A stretch of 62,404 bases of DNA, filler included, from Planctomycetota bacterium (GTDB taxonomy: Bacteria > Planctomycetota > Planctomycetia > JALXBF01), in the NCBI GenBank assembly GCA_026991575.1. It is 8 parts of 8 records of this genome, joined end to end, with 100 filler letters (N's around TTAATTAATTAA, not from the genome) between each part and the next. Parts side by side here need not be neighbours in the genome. Positions count along the whole stretch, not along the records: positions 1 to 14,964 come from JALXBF010000129.1; positions 15,065 to 19,561 come from JALXBF010000134.1; 6 more parts are not named here. One strand, written 5' to 3'. Below are positions 9,380 through 18,871 of the stretch, piece after piece. Position numbers and translations under genes: made by a program. Under the pieces are notes generated by a model that saw only the letters and a list, made by a program, of their open reading frames with translations, searched no databases and was not told where the DNA came from. Each line of letters opens with the position of its first letter. The stretch's first letter is position 1.

Positions 9380-10312
9380 ATGGGAAGCCGCTCCCTCGCC
9401 CTGCTCTTGCTTGTGGCGCTCTGGTCTTCCCGATTAGATGGGCCAGCCTGGTGCGACGAGGTGCCATCGCTGGACGGATATCGGGTTGCCTGGCAGCGTT
9501 TGCTCGATACCTACGGAAACGCCATTTGGACCGTCTCCGTTGAAGGCGCGTCGGAAGAGCAACGCACGATCAGATTGCTCGCGCGTTGGCCTGCGGTCCG
9601 AGTGGAATGGATGCAGCCTGGTGGCACATTCCGTACGGCAGCGGTTTTCTCGCCGCAGGCCAGCTTTAGGGTGCGCAGGATAGGCAAAGACGACAAGTTT
9701 GCTCTGGAATCCTGGTCCCAAAGCGAACAGAAGCTGGCAGAGTTCTGGACCTATCCATCCAATGACGGCTGGCTCCCCTTTGCTGCACTCTCTTGGCTGG
9801 GCGAGCCGCTCGTTGACACCTTCGTCCGTCCGGACAAGGAGATTGTTCGGACTGAGTGGGTCGATGACGCTGGAGGGCGACAGCTGTTCGTAGAGATGCG
9901 GTTTCCCCAGTGGGCGGATAGCACGGCCGCGCGAGCCCGGTTCTGGTTCGCCCCCGAAAAAGCCTGGATTTTGCGTCGCTGGGAACTGTTCGCCGAGTCC
10001 GACCCGGAATCGGGGCGGGTGTGTGAGTTCAGGTATAGGGACGACCCTCGTGGAGTGCCGCTGGTGACATGGGGCCGGTACGGAGTCCGTGGTGGCCGCA
10101 CCCTGTGGGAGGCAAAAGTGCTTGAGGCAGAGTTGTCGCCGCCTCCGGAAACAGTTTTCAGCCCTGAGGCGTTCGGCATACCCAGCCCAATCCCCGAAAA
10201 GCTCTCGCGTCTGTGGCTTTGGGTGCTTCTGGCGTTGTTACTGCTCCTGAGCGCGCTAATCTTGGCACGACTGGCGCGGTGGAGGGCGACGATGACGGAC
10301 GTGGCGGATTGA
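9380..10312 (+). CDS. Exported beta-rich protein with C-terminal membrane anchor (LolA-like partner family)
   Basis: Signal MGSRSLALLLLVALWSS, FWFAPEKAWILRRW motif, and tail PPETVFSPEAFGIP + TM + RLARWR. Confidence 0.8.
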   Translation: MGSRSLALLLLVALWSSRLDGPAWCDEVPSLDGYRVAWQRLLDTYGNAIWTVSVEGASEEQRTIRLLARWPAVRVEWMQPGGTFRTAAVFSPQASFRVRRIGKDDKFALESWSQSEQKLAEFWTYPSNDGWLPFAALSWLGEPLVDTFVRPDKEIVRTEWVDDAGGRQLFVEMRFPQWADSTAARARFWFAPEKAWILRRWELFAESDPESGRVCEFRYRDDPRGVPLVTWGRYGVRGGRTLWEAKVLEAELSPPPETVFSPEAFGIPSPIPEKLSRLWLWVLLALLLLLSALILARLARWRATMTDVAD

Positions 10313-10480
10313 TTGCTCTTATAGAGTCGAGTTCCCAGCCCCACCGCTTCGTACGCTTCGTAGCCAGGTAGACTACATTGGTTGCCACCGCGGATCCTCG
10401 TCATAGGCACGGGGCGGCATCCGCGGCAGAAAACAGGGGATGGCGCGGCGTGGTGAGTCAGCACGTGACGGAGCCTGGAT

Positions 10481-11092
10481 ATGCCACTGAACTCGCCTGA
10501 GGTGTGCGAAGGGAGAACTCGGCAGTCCAATTCAACCTGGTTGGATACGCGTTCCGCCGTTTGGCTGAGCGTCTTGGCAGTGCTGTGGGTTACGGCTATT
10601 GTTGGAGTTCGTTGGCACTGCGGCTCATGGCCTGGCGTTCTCCTGGCACTGCGGGGCGAGGCGTTCTGCGCAGACATCGTGGAGATCGAACCAGCTGGAG
10701 AAGACGTCGTCGCCGTCACCGTTGCACTACGTAATCTTCTGCTCAAGACAACCACCATTTACGGTGCCGGCACTGGTTGAGCATCCCATGTCGAAGCGGA
10801 GTTCCCGCTTCCCGTCCAACCTCGGCAGACAGTCACTTTAAGATATGTGGTCCCGACAAGGTGGCTAACGGCACCGGGGATGAGGTTCGGGTTCGTACTG
10901 TACACGGACGTCGCAGGGAGTACCCGGATCGCGGTGAGTGATCTGATCGGGCCTGAACACGAGCACCAGCTGGACGGCTTACGGCGCGGCGCAGTTCCCT
11001 CGGTGTCGGGTGCGATTAGTGCCGACCCACGGCCCGTTTCCCCGACGGCGACCCCCCTCGACGGCCAATCGAATCCATCCACCGGGCGCTAG
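10481..11092 (+). CDS. Candidate selenoprotein: DUF1573-like paralog with in-frame TGA at 10778-10780
   Basis: Track ORFs 10481-10780 and 10847-11092 are in the same frame, separated only by one TGA: ...TTIYGAGTG-TGA-ASHVEAEFPLPVQPRQTVTLRYVVPTRWL...FGFVLYTD. True start may be GTG 10502 (MCEGR vs paralog MCESR). Confidence 0.75.
10793..10811 (+). promoter_or_regulatory. Putative bacterial SECIS element
   Basis: Perfect 7-bp stem GAAGCGG-AGTTC-CCGCTTC beginning after a 12-nt spacer from the TGA, same register as in the first paralog. Confidence 0.6.
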
Positions 11093-11937
11093 GTCGGCGC
11101 GGGACAGACCGTAACGATGAGGTGACTCGGTCACCCCTCCGATCAGGTCCGCATGGCGTACCACCTGAAACACCCGCGCAAGCGTGGCGTGCAGCCGAAG
11201 TCCATGCGGCAGATGGGTCGACTCGGGGGTAAGCGTCTCGTTCCTACGGCAGTACGTGTCTATTGCGCGAAGACTCCTCGCCCCACAGACGATCCATGGC
11301 GCCGGCACGCCTAGGCTCACCAGCGGATAGCGTAGCTCTGTAGGCTGCCCCGCTCGACCGGCACTGGCTACGGACGTCCACACAGTGCGCACCGCGAGGA
11401 CGCTGACACTCCTGCGCCCTCCTCGGTCCTACACGACTGAAGCCGACCAATTCGCCCTGCCTCTCCTCCAACGCAGCCCCTGACCGGAGTGTCCGTACAC
11501 GAGGTCGAAGAGCGCCAGCCGTGATGATGCCCCCCAACAACAGCTCCGGCGGCATGTTCGCAGCGTCTTTCAGGCTACGCGCCAGCGACTAGCGAAAGCT
11601 CTCATCCCCCTAACCGTTCCCTGCAGGCATGAGGTTCCCCGACGCGCCGGCACCTGCGCGGCTGGCTGGAGCACGGCTTGGCAAGCAAGCAGTGGACTCC
11701 GTGACGGACCAGAACAGTGCCGGGGAGTGCTGAAGCGATGATGCTCCCATGTCGACCACGAAACGACGTACGCTTGCGCCCGCCGGGCCGCCCGGCGCCA
11801 CCCCGGCTGCACACGCGCACCTGTCGCCGAGAGGCAATCCGCCGACGATCGAACCAAAGATGTCACGGCGAAGCAGGCTAGCCGCATCATCCCCCTCCCT
11901 CCAGCAGCGGTAGTCTAAGGCACTGCTCGATCGACCG

Positions 11938-13299
11938 TCACGCGTCCTGTTTCCGGCGCCGCCAACGTAACCATACCAGAAACGCCACCACTGCCAAGAA
12001 CAGCGCAGCAACTGTCAGCGGAACCAAAAAACTTCCACGGCCCCCGCCCATCCGAAGGAACCACGCCATTCGGGCGCGAGCACGGGCTACCGCTTGCTTC
12101 CTGAGCCGCTCAAGCTCGTGAGGATCCCGGCGAAACGGGTATGCCACGTGCGCCCAGCCCGGCCTAAGCGGATGACGCAACCACCGAAAATCGACAACGA
12201 TTGTCCGTTCCTCGGGGACACCATCCAGAAAGAGGTTGCGTAACTCCTCCTTGCTAACCTCGCGCCACTCGGCTCTCCTCACCACGTACACCAGCGTCTC
12301 GGGTACGTTCTCCTGGTAACTGCTCCGATCATGCACTCGCCGCCAGCGGAATGGGAGCCACACGCGCTCGCCTAGTTGGCGATAGTCGGTAAACTCGTCC
12401 ACCGCGAGCAGATGCCGCTTCACTACGCAGTACCACTCTCTGCGCACCGGCAAGTAACCGTACTTCGGGGCCAGCCACAGCGTCGTCGCATCCGCCTCGA
12501 CCACGATAAGGCCGCTATCGGGCTCGACACTGATTGTCTGCGCTTCCCGGACAAGCACTGGAAGCGCGGCATCGAAGAATCTCCGGTGCACAAACCCGCG
12601 GTCTTTTCGCCTCAAGGCTCTAAGTCTGGCCGAGTGGCGCTCCTGCGACAAGAGTGGAACGGACGCATCTCCCATTGAAGGGCGTTTCCCGGGAAACCGA
12701 GGTCCGATCCAGATCGGCTCCCCATTCTCCCAGACAACGCACGCGCCAATGGCACACAGCAGCCCAGACCTGTGGTAGACCGACCTTGCCTTGTGACCCC
12801 ATAGTGGATCGCGAACGTTCGCAATGTTGAGGTTCGCGTACCTGGTTAGGGGCCTTTGCCCCTGCAACCAGGCGAGCACGTCAGCCCCTTCTGGTGGCGC
12901 ATCCTGGGCACAGACATAGTCGGCCGCAACCAACTCCCACACGGCACCGTCCAACACCATTCCTCCGCGCACGTGTGCACGGACCTTCCCTTCACGTACG
13001 CTGGCTAGCGCATACAAGGCCGCCGCGGCACTTTCTCCCGGCGCATTGAAGTAGGCGAGAAGCGACCAAGGCCTTCGGTCGGCAGCCGCCGCGACGTCCC
13101 AACCGTCCGCGATGCATGCCTCGACAATCAGACCCTCGCCCAGACGGCGGAGCGTCCGCTCTACTGCATCCGCCACGCGCTGGCGTAGTACCCCATGGTC
13201 GTCGTCACCATAAACGAAGGCTGCGGCCAACGACACCTGGCACGCTGCCAGTAGAACTCCCAACAATTGGAGGCACCGACACTCCATGAGCCACTGCAT
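11938..13299 (-). CDS. Exported protein with C-terminal membrane anchor (more distant member of the partner family)
   Basis: Signal peptide, LWLAPKYGYLPVRRE, DYRQLGERVWLP, and C-terminal TM followed by WRRRK. RBS GGGGGAG. Confidence 0.75.
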   Translation of the reverse strand: MQWLMECRCLQLLGVLLAACQVSLAAAFVYGDDDHGVLRQRVADAVERTLRRLGEGLIVEACIADGWDVAAAADRRPWSLLAYFNAPGESAAAALYALASVREGKVRAHVRGGMVLDGAVWELVAADYVCAQDAPPEGADVLAWLQGQRPLTRYANLNIANVRDPLWGHKARSVYHRSGLLCAIGACVVWENGEPIWIGPRFPGKRPSMGDASVPLLSQERHSARLRALRRKDRGFVHRRFFDAALPVLVREAQTISVEPDSGLIVVEADATTLWLAPKYGYLPVRREWYCVVKRHLLAVDEFTDYRQLGERVWLPFRWRRVHDRSSYQENVPETLVYVVRRAEWREVSKEELRNLFLDGVPEERTIVVDFRWLRHPLRPGWAHVAYPFRRDPHELERLRKQAVARARARMAWFLRMGGGRGSFLVPLTVAALFLAVVAFLVWLRWRRRKQDA

Positions 13300-14401
13300 T
13301 GATCTCCCCCACCCGGCGAACGGCCCGCTGGAGTACGAGTCCGCGCTAGCGCAGCCCCCAGCGAGCAGGTTCCCTGGAAACAGCTGCCCTCAATAAGGAT
13401 GCACAGTACGTTCCGTGCACGGGCGGCGGTTGCTGTAACCCGAACACGCCAACGCAGGAAAGCGTCGTATGGACGCACGCCACCAGTATACCTAACCCAC
13501 CGTAGCGTTGATCACACTGATCGTACGGGCATCGGCCGCCTGTCCGGTCCGGGGCAGCCTATCCGGCCGGCAACCTGTCCAGAGTAGATGTGCAATTCGA
13601 TTCCTTTGCCGCGTGCGTATGGGGCTCAATAGCGGGAACTAATTCTGGCCACCGGGCTCGTCATAGCCCACTTCTGGGAACACAACTCCTTGAGGTGACG
13701 TCTGACTGTCGGGTGCTCGTCGTCCTGCCGGTATCGCGGGGCGGTCGTCCGCGACGGTCATTCGGATGCCGTTGCGTTGGTCCGGGATCTCCCTTGCGCG
13801 GCGGAGCGTAGCTGTCCACAACGTGCTGGCTGGTCAGCACACGCCGGCAGAAGGGCCTCCTGGTGACGCTGACACGGAAACCCAGTGTTGAGCAAATGGA
13901 ATCGTGGAAGACGAGTCCAGCCGATGGCTGCAGAGGCTTGCGTCAACCGGTACGGAACGCGTACAAAGGAACGTCGCCGTTCGCGCACACGCAGCGCATA
14001 GACACATGCGGCGATGCCGTTCAAGAACGAGAGGCCCTGCTTGTGACGACAGCCAATCTTCCGGTTGATGACCGCATACCAAAACGGCCGCTTGGCCGTA
14101 GTGCTTGCCAGCTACATCTCGCAATCATACAGCAGCTGTCCCGCCGATGGCTGATGTCTGAGCAAATGGGGACACGTCCTTGCTCTCGCGTGCACATCAC
14201 GGTTCGTCTCTCATGCAGCTCGAGCAACACTTGCCTCGCACATCCTCAGAGCACACTTTCGATACGTGCGTGGTCTGATCGGCCTGCCACGAAACACGCG
14301 ATGAGGTAACAGGCTGGAGTTTTTCGCTGAAGACATCTTGCACAAAAAACGCCTCCGTGCCATAGGTTAGGAAAACCAAACCAAGAGCAGGGAGGCGAGC
14401 A

Positions 14402-14964
14402 ATGGCAAGAGAAAACTGGAAATTTTCGGACGCCTGTTGTGAGTAATTGTGGCAGTTCGCGGCGGATCTGGCAAGGCCAATTCTGAGGGAGGCGGCACGT
14501 TGGCTGGTACCGACGTTGATGCTTGGGCTTGGCCTTGCCGGTGCACCTCACCTGACGAGAGCGTTGCGCGCCCGCACTGCGTGGAGCGATGAGGACTTGA
14601 TGCGGTTGGAGAACGGAGCCTCTCGTCTGCTCCGTCAGCAGGCAAGTGATCGGGTGCCGGAGCCGCACATCGACCTAGTGATTGATCGTTACAAAAAGCT
14701 GGTGCTGAAGCAGTTACGTGAGCAGGTGCTGGTGGCGGTGGATGAGACGGATCTGTCGAAGCCGTGGACGAGACGTGTGGAGGGGTTGGGTCAGGTGAAG
14801 GACCACAGCGATCCGGCACGGGTGCTGCGTCCTGGGCACATGGCAGTGCTGGCAACGGCCGTGGAGCATGGTCGTCTGACGCCGCTGGATCTGGCTTTGT
14901 TGGCGGTGTATTCGGGTCGAGGGGACAGCGAGAACCGGGAGATGATCGCGTTTGTGCTTGGTGT
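14402..14964 (+). pseudogene. IS4-superfamily DDE transposase with premature stop, truncated by contig end
   Basis: RBS GGGAGG + ATG 14402 (MARENWKFSDACCE), in-frame TAA 14444-14446, then VAVDETDLSKPW..VEGLGQVKDHS..PGH and SENRE, typical of DDE transposase N-terminal regions. Confidence 0.7.
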
Positions 14965-15064
14965 NNNNNNNNNNNNNNNNNNNNNNNNNNNNNNNNNNNN
15001 NNNNNNNNTTAATTAATTAANNNNNNNNNNNNNNNNNNNNNNNNNNNNNNNNNNNNNNNNNNNN
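14965..15064. other. Artificial contig linker; identical linkers at 19562-19661, 24018-24117, 35216-35315, 39621-39720, 44020-44119, 58179-58278
   Basis: N-run + TTAATTAATTAA (stops in all six frames) + N-run, 100 bp each. Confidence 0.98.
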
Positions 15065-18000
15065 CACCGCGCGATGTCTCGCCAGCACATCAGCCAACGG
15101 CGGCGCCAATCGCCCAGCCGCTGCTCAACCTCCTCGGCGTCGACCCAGTACCACGGCTGGACGAGGAATGCGGGGTCCGCGTGGTCGGCTTGAGTTGGAT
15201 TGGGCAGTTGTGCGTTCCGGCGTGCAGAGAGCCCCTCATAGGTCCCGAACCGGTGGTCGTAGTGCCAGATCATCTTGGCCTCATACAGGGGCAGGTAGAG
15301 CTTGCTCCCGCGCACGTACCGGTTTCCCACACGCCGATACCCCGCCCGCTCGAGCTGAGCGGCGGTCCGGAAGAGGTGGGAGTCGTTTGCCATATCGAAC
15401 ATGCGGAGGAAACTCACCATCCAGGGATTAGTGCCATTCGCTTCATCCATTAGAACGGGCAGACGCTCATAGATTACCCTCGTTAGCTCGGCGTCCTGCC
15501 TGGTACGAAAGAGTGGCATGGTACCTGTATTCGGATTAATCAGAGAGACGTCCATGGGTGACAGGGTAAAGGTCCGGCTCGCGTCGCGTGTGTGCTCGAC
15601 ACGCGTGCAGAAAAACGCCAACCTAAAGCTCGGTTGGCCGGGCGCAGTGCCGTGCGCGGACCGCCCCATCGTGAGTAGGCAGAACCGGTAGCTCCTGTGG
15701 ACTTCCGGGAAGATTCCTTGTCGGTTTTCGAAGTCCACGAGGCTAACGAGCTCACCTTTGCCGGCCAGATCAGCGAAGAAGTGCTTGTTCGTATCGTCGG
15801 TTGCTATGCCGGTGGGGACGATAACGCCGGCGTGGCCGCCCGGGGCGAGCAAGTTTCGCATCCGTTCGGCAAACACGGAGTACGTGTTGATGTCGCCGCG
15901 TCCTGTTAACGGATAAGCCCCGGACGTACGAAGGAAGCGGCTCGTCGACTCCGATGCATGCAACGCTTGTTGGTATTCCTCCCACAACAAAGGATCTCGC
16001 TCCGGTAGGTCCTGGATCAGGCGATGCCGCTCCGCACGGTTCGCCGCACTGGCGATCTGCTCGTCACGTGTCGCAAAGAATTCCTGCTCTTGCAGCTTGA
16101 TCCGCTCCCACGGTGGATTGCCCAGGACGACGTCGAAGCCGCCCCGTTCGAAGACGGTCGGAAACTCCAGTGGCCAATGGAAGAAACGGAAGCGGCGGCT
16201 CAATTCACGGGCGGCCTCGACGGCCTGTCGTTGGTTCTGCCCCGAAAGATAAGCGACCAGCACCTCGGTTGTGATCAGGGCGTCGCGAGGCGTTTGCTCA
16301 TCCCGTCGCTGGAAGAACGCTGCCGTCCACAGGTCGCACGCGACGCGGAGCCGTTCGGCTTCCTCGGACCGCATCAAATCCTGGTACAACTCCCGCTTCC
16401 GCCGCACCTCGTCGGGCGAATCGTCCGGTGTCTGCTCCACGGCATGGACCTGCCGCGTTAGCTCTTCCGCGGCCTCGGTCAGATCGAAACCCAGCAGGCG
16501 CTGCCCCTTCTCGATGAGCTGCTTCCGTTCCTGCCGGTTCCTCTTCTTCAATTGCTGTGCGAGTTTCCTGTCATCGCCTGTGACCGGATTGAACGCCTTG
16601 TCAGGGATTCCTTGCTTCAAGACCTCCAGATCGAACACACCCACCAGCGAATCGCCGCACTTGATGTGGTGGTCCAGGAACGTCAGGGGCATGCCCCTGC
16701 AGTGGCCTTCGATCCAGAGCCCGACGCGGCACAAGTCGACCGCCAGCGGGTTGCGGTCCACCCCGTAAATGCACCGGCGGATCACCTCGCGCGTTGCCCG
16801 CCGCACCTGTTCGGCATCCGGTTCACGCTGGCCGGTGTCCACGCGAGCCAGCTCCTGTCCCAACCGACGGGCCGCGGCCAGCAGGAAATGGCCCGACCCG
16901 CACGCGGGATCGACCACGCGAATCGACAGGATCGCCTCCCGGGCCGCCTGAGCATCGCCCGCACCGTCCCGCCAGCCGGCTTCACGCAAACGCTCCTCCA
17001 GCACCGGCTCCAGCGCCGTGCGGATCAACTCCCGTACCAGCTCATCAGGCGTGTAGTACGACCCGGTCGACTTGCGCTCCGTTCCCGGCGCGAGCTGAAA
17101 CGGCGGGTGCGTGTCCAGCTCGACGACCGGCCGGTAGTCGAGCAGGCTCTCGTACACGCTGCCCAGTTCTTCCACGTCCATTCGGGCATAGTTAATCCGC
17201 CGCGGGACACGCTCCTCTTCCGGTTCAAACTGCGACAGGTGCCGGATGGCGCGCAACAGGACGGCGTTGCTCAGATGGCATTTGTCCAGCAGAAGGTTGC
17301 CCTGGAAAAGTTCGCCGTCCAGCGGGGACAACAGGAATGCTCGTGCCAGGTCCGCCGTCGCAAGAACCGCGAACAGTGTACGCAAGCCCAGCCACAGGTC
17401 GTCATGGTGCTGCTGGCCTTCCAGCTCCAGCGACTCGGCCAGCCGCCGCAGTCGCGCCACTGAGAGATTCTCCCGGTACACACGCCACAGGCGGGTCACA
17501 CGCCCGTTTTGCGACGGGTCCACCAAGCTCAGCAGCCCGCGTTCCTCGGCACAGAACAAGAACAGCAACCGGTACACGAGGTAGAGCAGCTCCCGGTAGA
17601 AGCGGTCGGCGTCGTACGTGCCGTCGGCCAGCTTCTGTCTCAACGCGCTGTTTCGCGGGTGTTCGATGAATCCGTTGGCCAGGATTTCCAACGCGTCCTT
17701 GACCGAATCGCGCAATCGATCGCGCGCACGGCTGCCCTCCTCACGCGATTCGGTGAAGTACTTTTCCAGCAGGCAGTCGGCCGGTCGCTGCCCCGGCAGC
17801 GGCAGTCGGCTGCGATGGGCCAGGCGCACCAGCAGAATGAATGCGTCGAACAGCTCATGTTCGAAGATCACTTCCAGATCGAACTGGATGTAGGTTGGAC
17901 GGGTGAAGTAGCCGGAGCTACGCAGGATGCGCAGCAGCCGCCCGTTTGTCACGACGCCCCACACATCTTCCGAATCGTTCAGGTACTCCTGCACGAGGCT

Positions 18001-18495
18001 GTGCGGTGACCGGCTGCCTCGCCCGCTGACCGGTCGCTCGCCCAGTTCCTCTTCCCAGCCGACGATGTGCACCGGGGGGGAATCTTGAAGCGGGTCAGCT
18101 CGGTGAGAGATGTCGTACGTGCGGCCGTCGAGTCGGATGGCACGCGGCTGCCGCGTCGGGTCGTAATCGAGTAACCGCAGCAATGGCACGACCCAATAGT
18201 CACGCGTTGTTGCCCGGTCCTTCGGGGAAAGCGTGCGGAATTCGGCGTAGCGTTCGCGCGCGAGCCGCCACAGGTGGGCTGCGTAATCAACAATCGATGT
18301 CCTGTCGGGGATGTCTTCCAGGCGCTGCAGCATCCGCTGCGTACGCCGGTCCCTGGGCTGGCGGCGCTCGAGGCCGCGGATCGGCTCTCTGAGGTCTTTG
18401 ACCGAGCGTTGCCCCTCCTGCTGATCGATCCGTTCCACGAGGTCGTACGACAGCAGACCGCCCTCGATGACCAGCGGCTCCGCAACAATGCGCAT
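15065..18495 (-). CDS. Large N6-adenine DNA methyltransferase of Eco57I/type IIG (DISARM DrmMI-like) type, 3' truncated
   Basis: RKSTGSYYTP, VVDPACGSGHFL (SAM binding), IYGVDRNPLAV, IKCGDSL, FHWPLEFP and GNPPW (catalytic). ATG 18495 has a GAGGG RBS. Confidence 0.9.
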
Positions 18496-18871
18496 GGATG
18501 CCCTCGGGTGAACAATCGCTGTCTGCCTGGAACAATCGACGAAGCGCGGGGATAGTGTACCAATCGGGTCTCTACCCAGCAATCCGTCGGTGGAACGTCG
18601 CTGGAGTTCGTTTCAGCTCCTACCGGGCGTTGGGGCAGCCGGGGCGGTGCTTTGACGCGGCGTCTTGGCGAGGGTTGGGGGCTCTCGCGGCATGGTGTTG
18701 GTGCCACGGGTACGTCTTATCCATTGGCCTTCTCGGCACACGCTGTGGGCCCAGCTCCTTCCGGGCGGTGCCTGCGCGCGACGGGTGCTCACCGGAGGTC
18801 AGCCGGCACGGCCGGCCAGGCGAGCGGAATTGGGGCTTTGTCGGGACGATCGGATGGACGCCACCAGCGAA

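Noticed and set aside
670..10780. Genome-wide TGA reassignment (code 4 or 25) as the explanation for the in-frame TGAs
   Set aside because: Housekeeping genes end at TGA at expected lengths (rph, rdgB, gdhA, fbaB), Trp is encoded by TGG, and no long conserved gene has an internal TGA.
14021..14379. Cys-containing short minus-strand ORFs (KCCSSC, DSCC)
   Set aside because: They overlap the probable IS left end, lack a convincing start or signal peptide, and have no paralog support.
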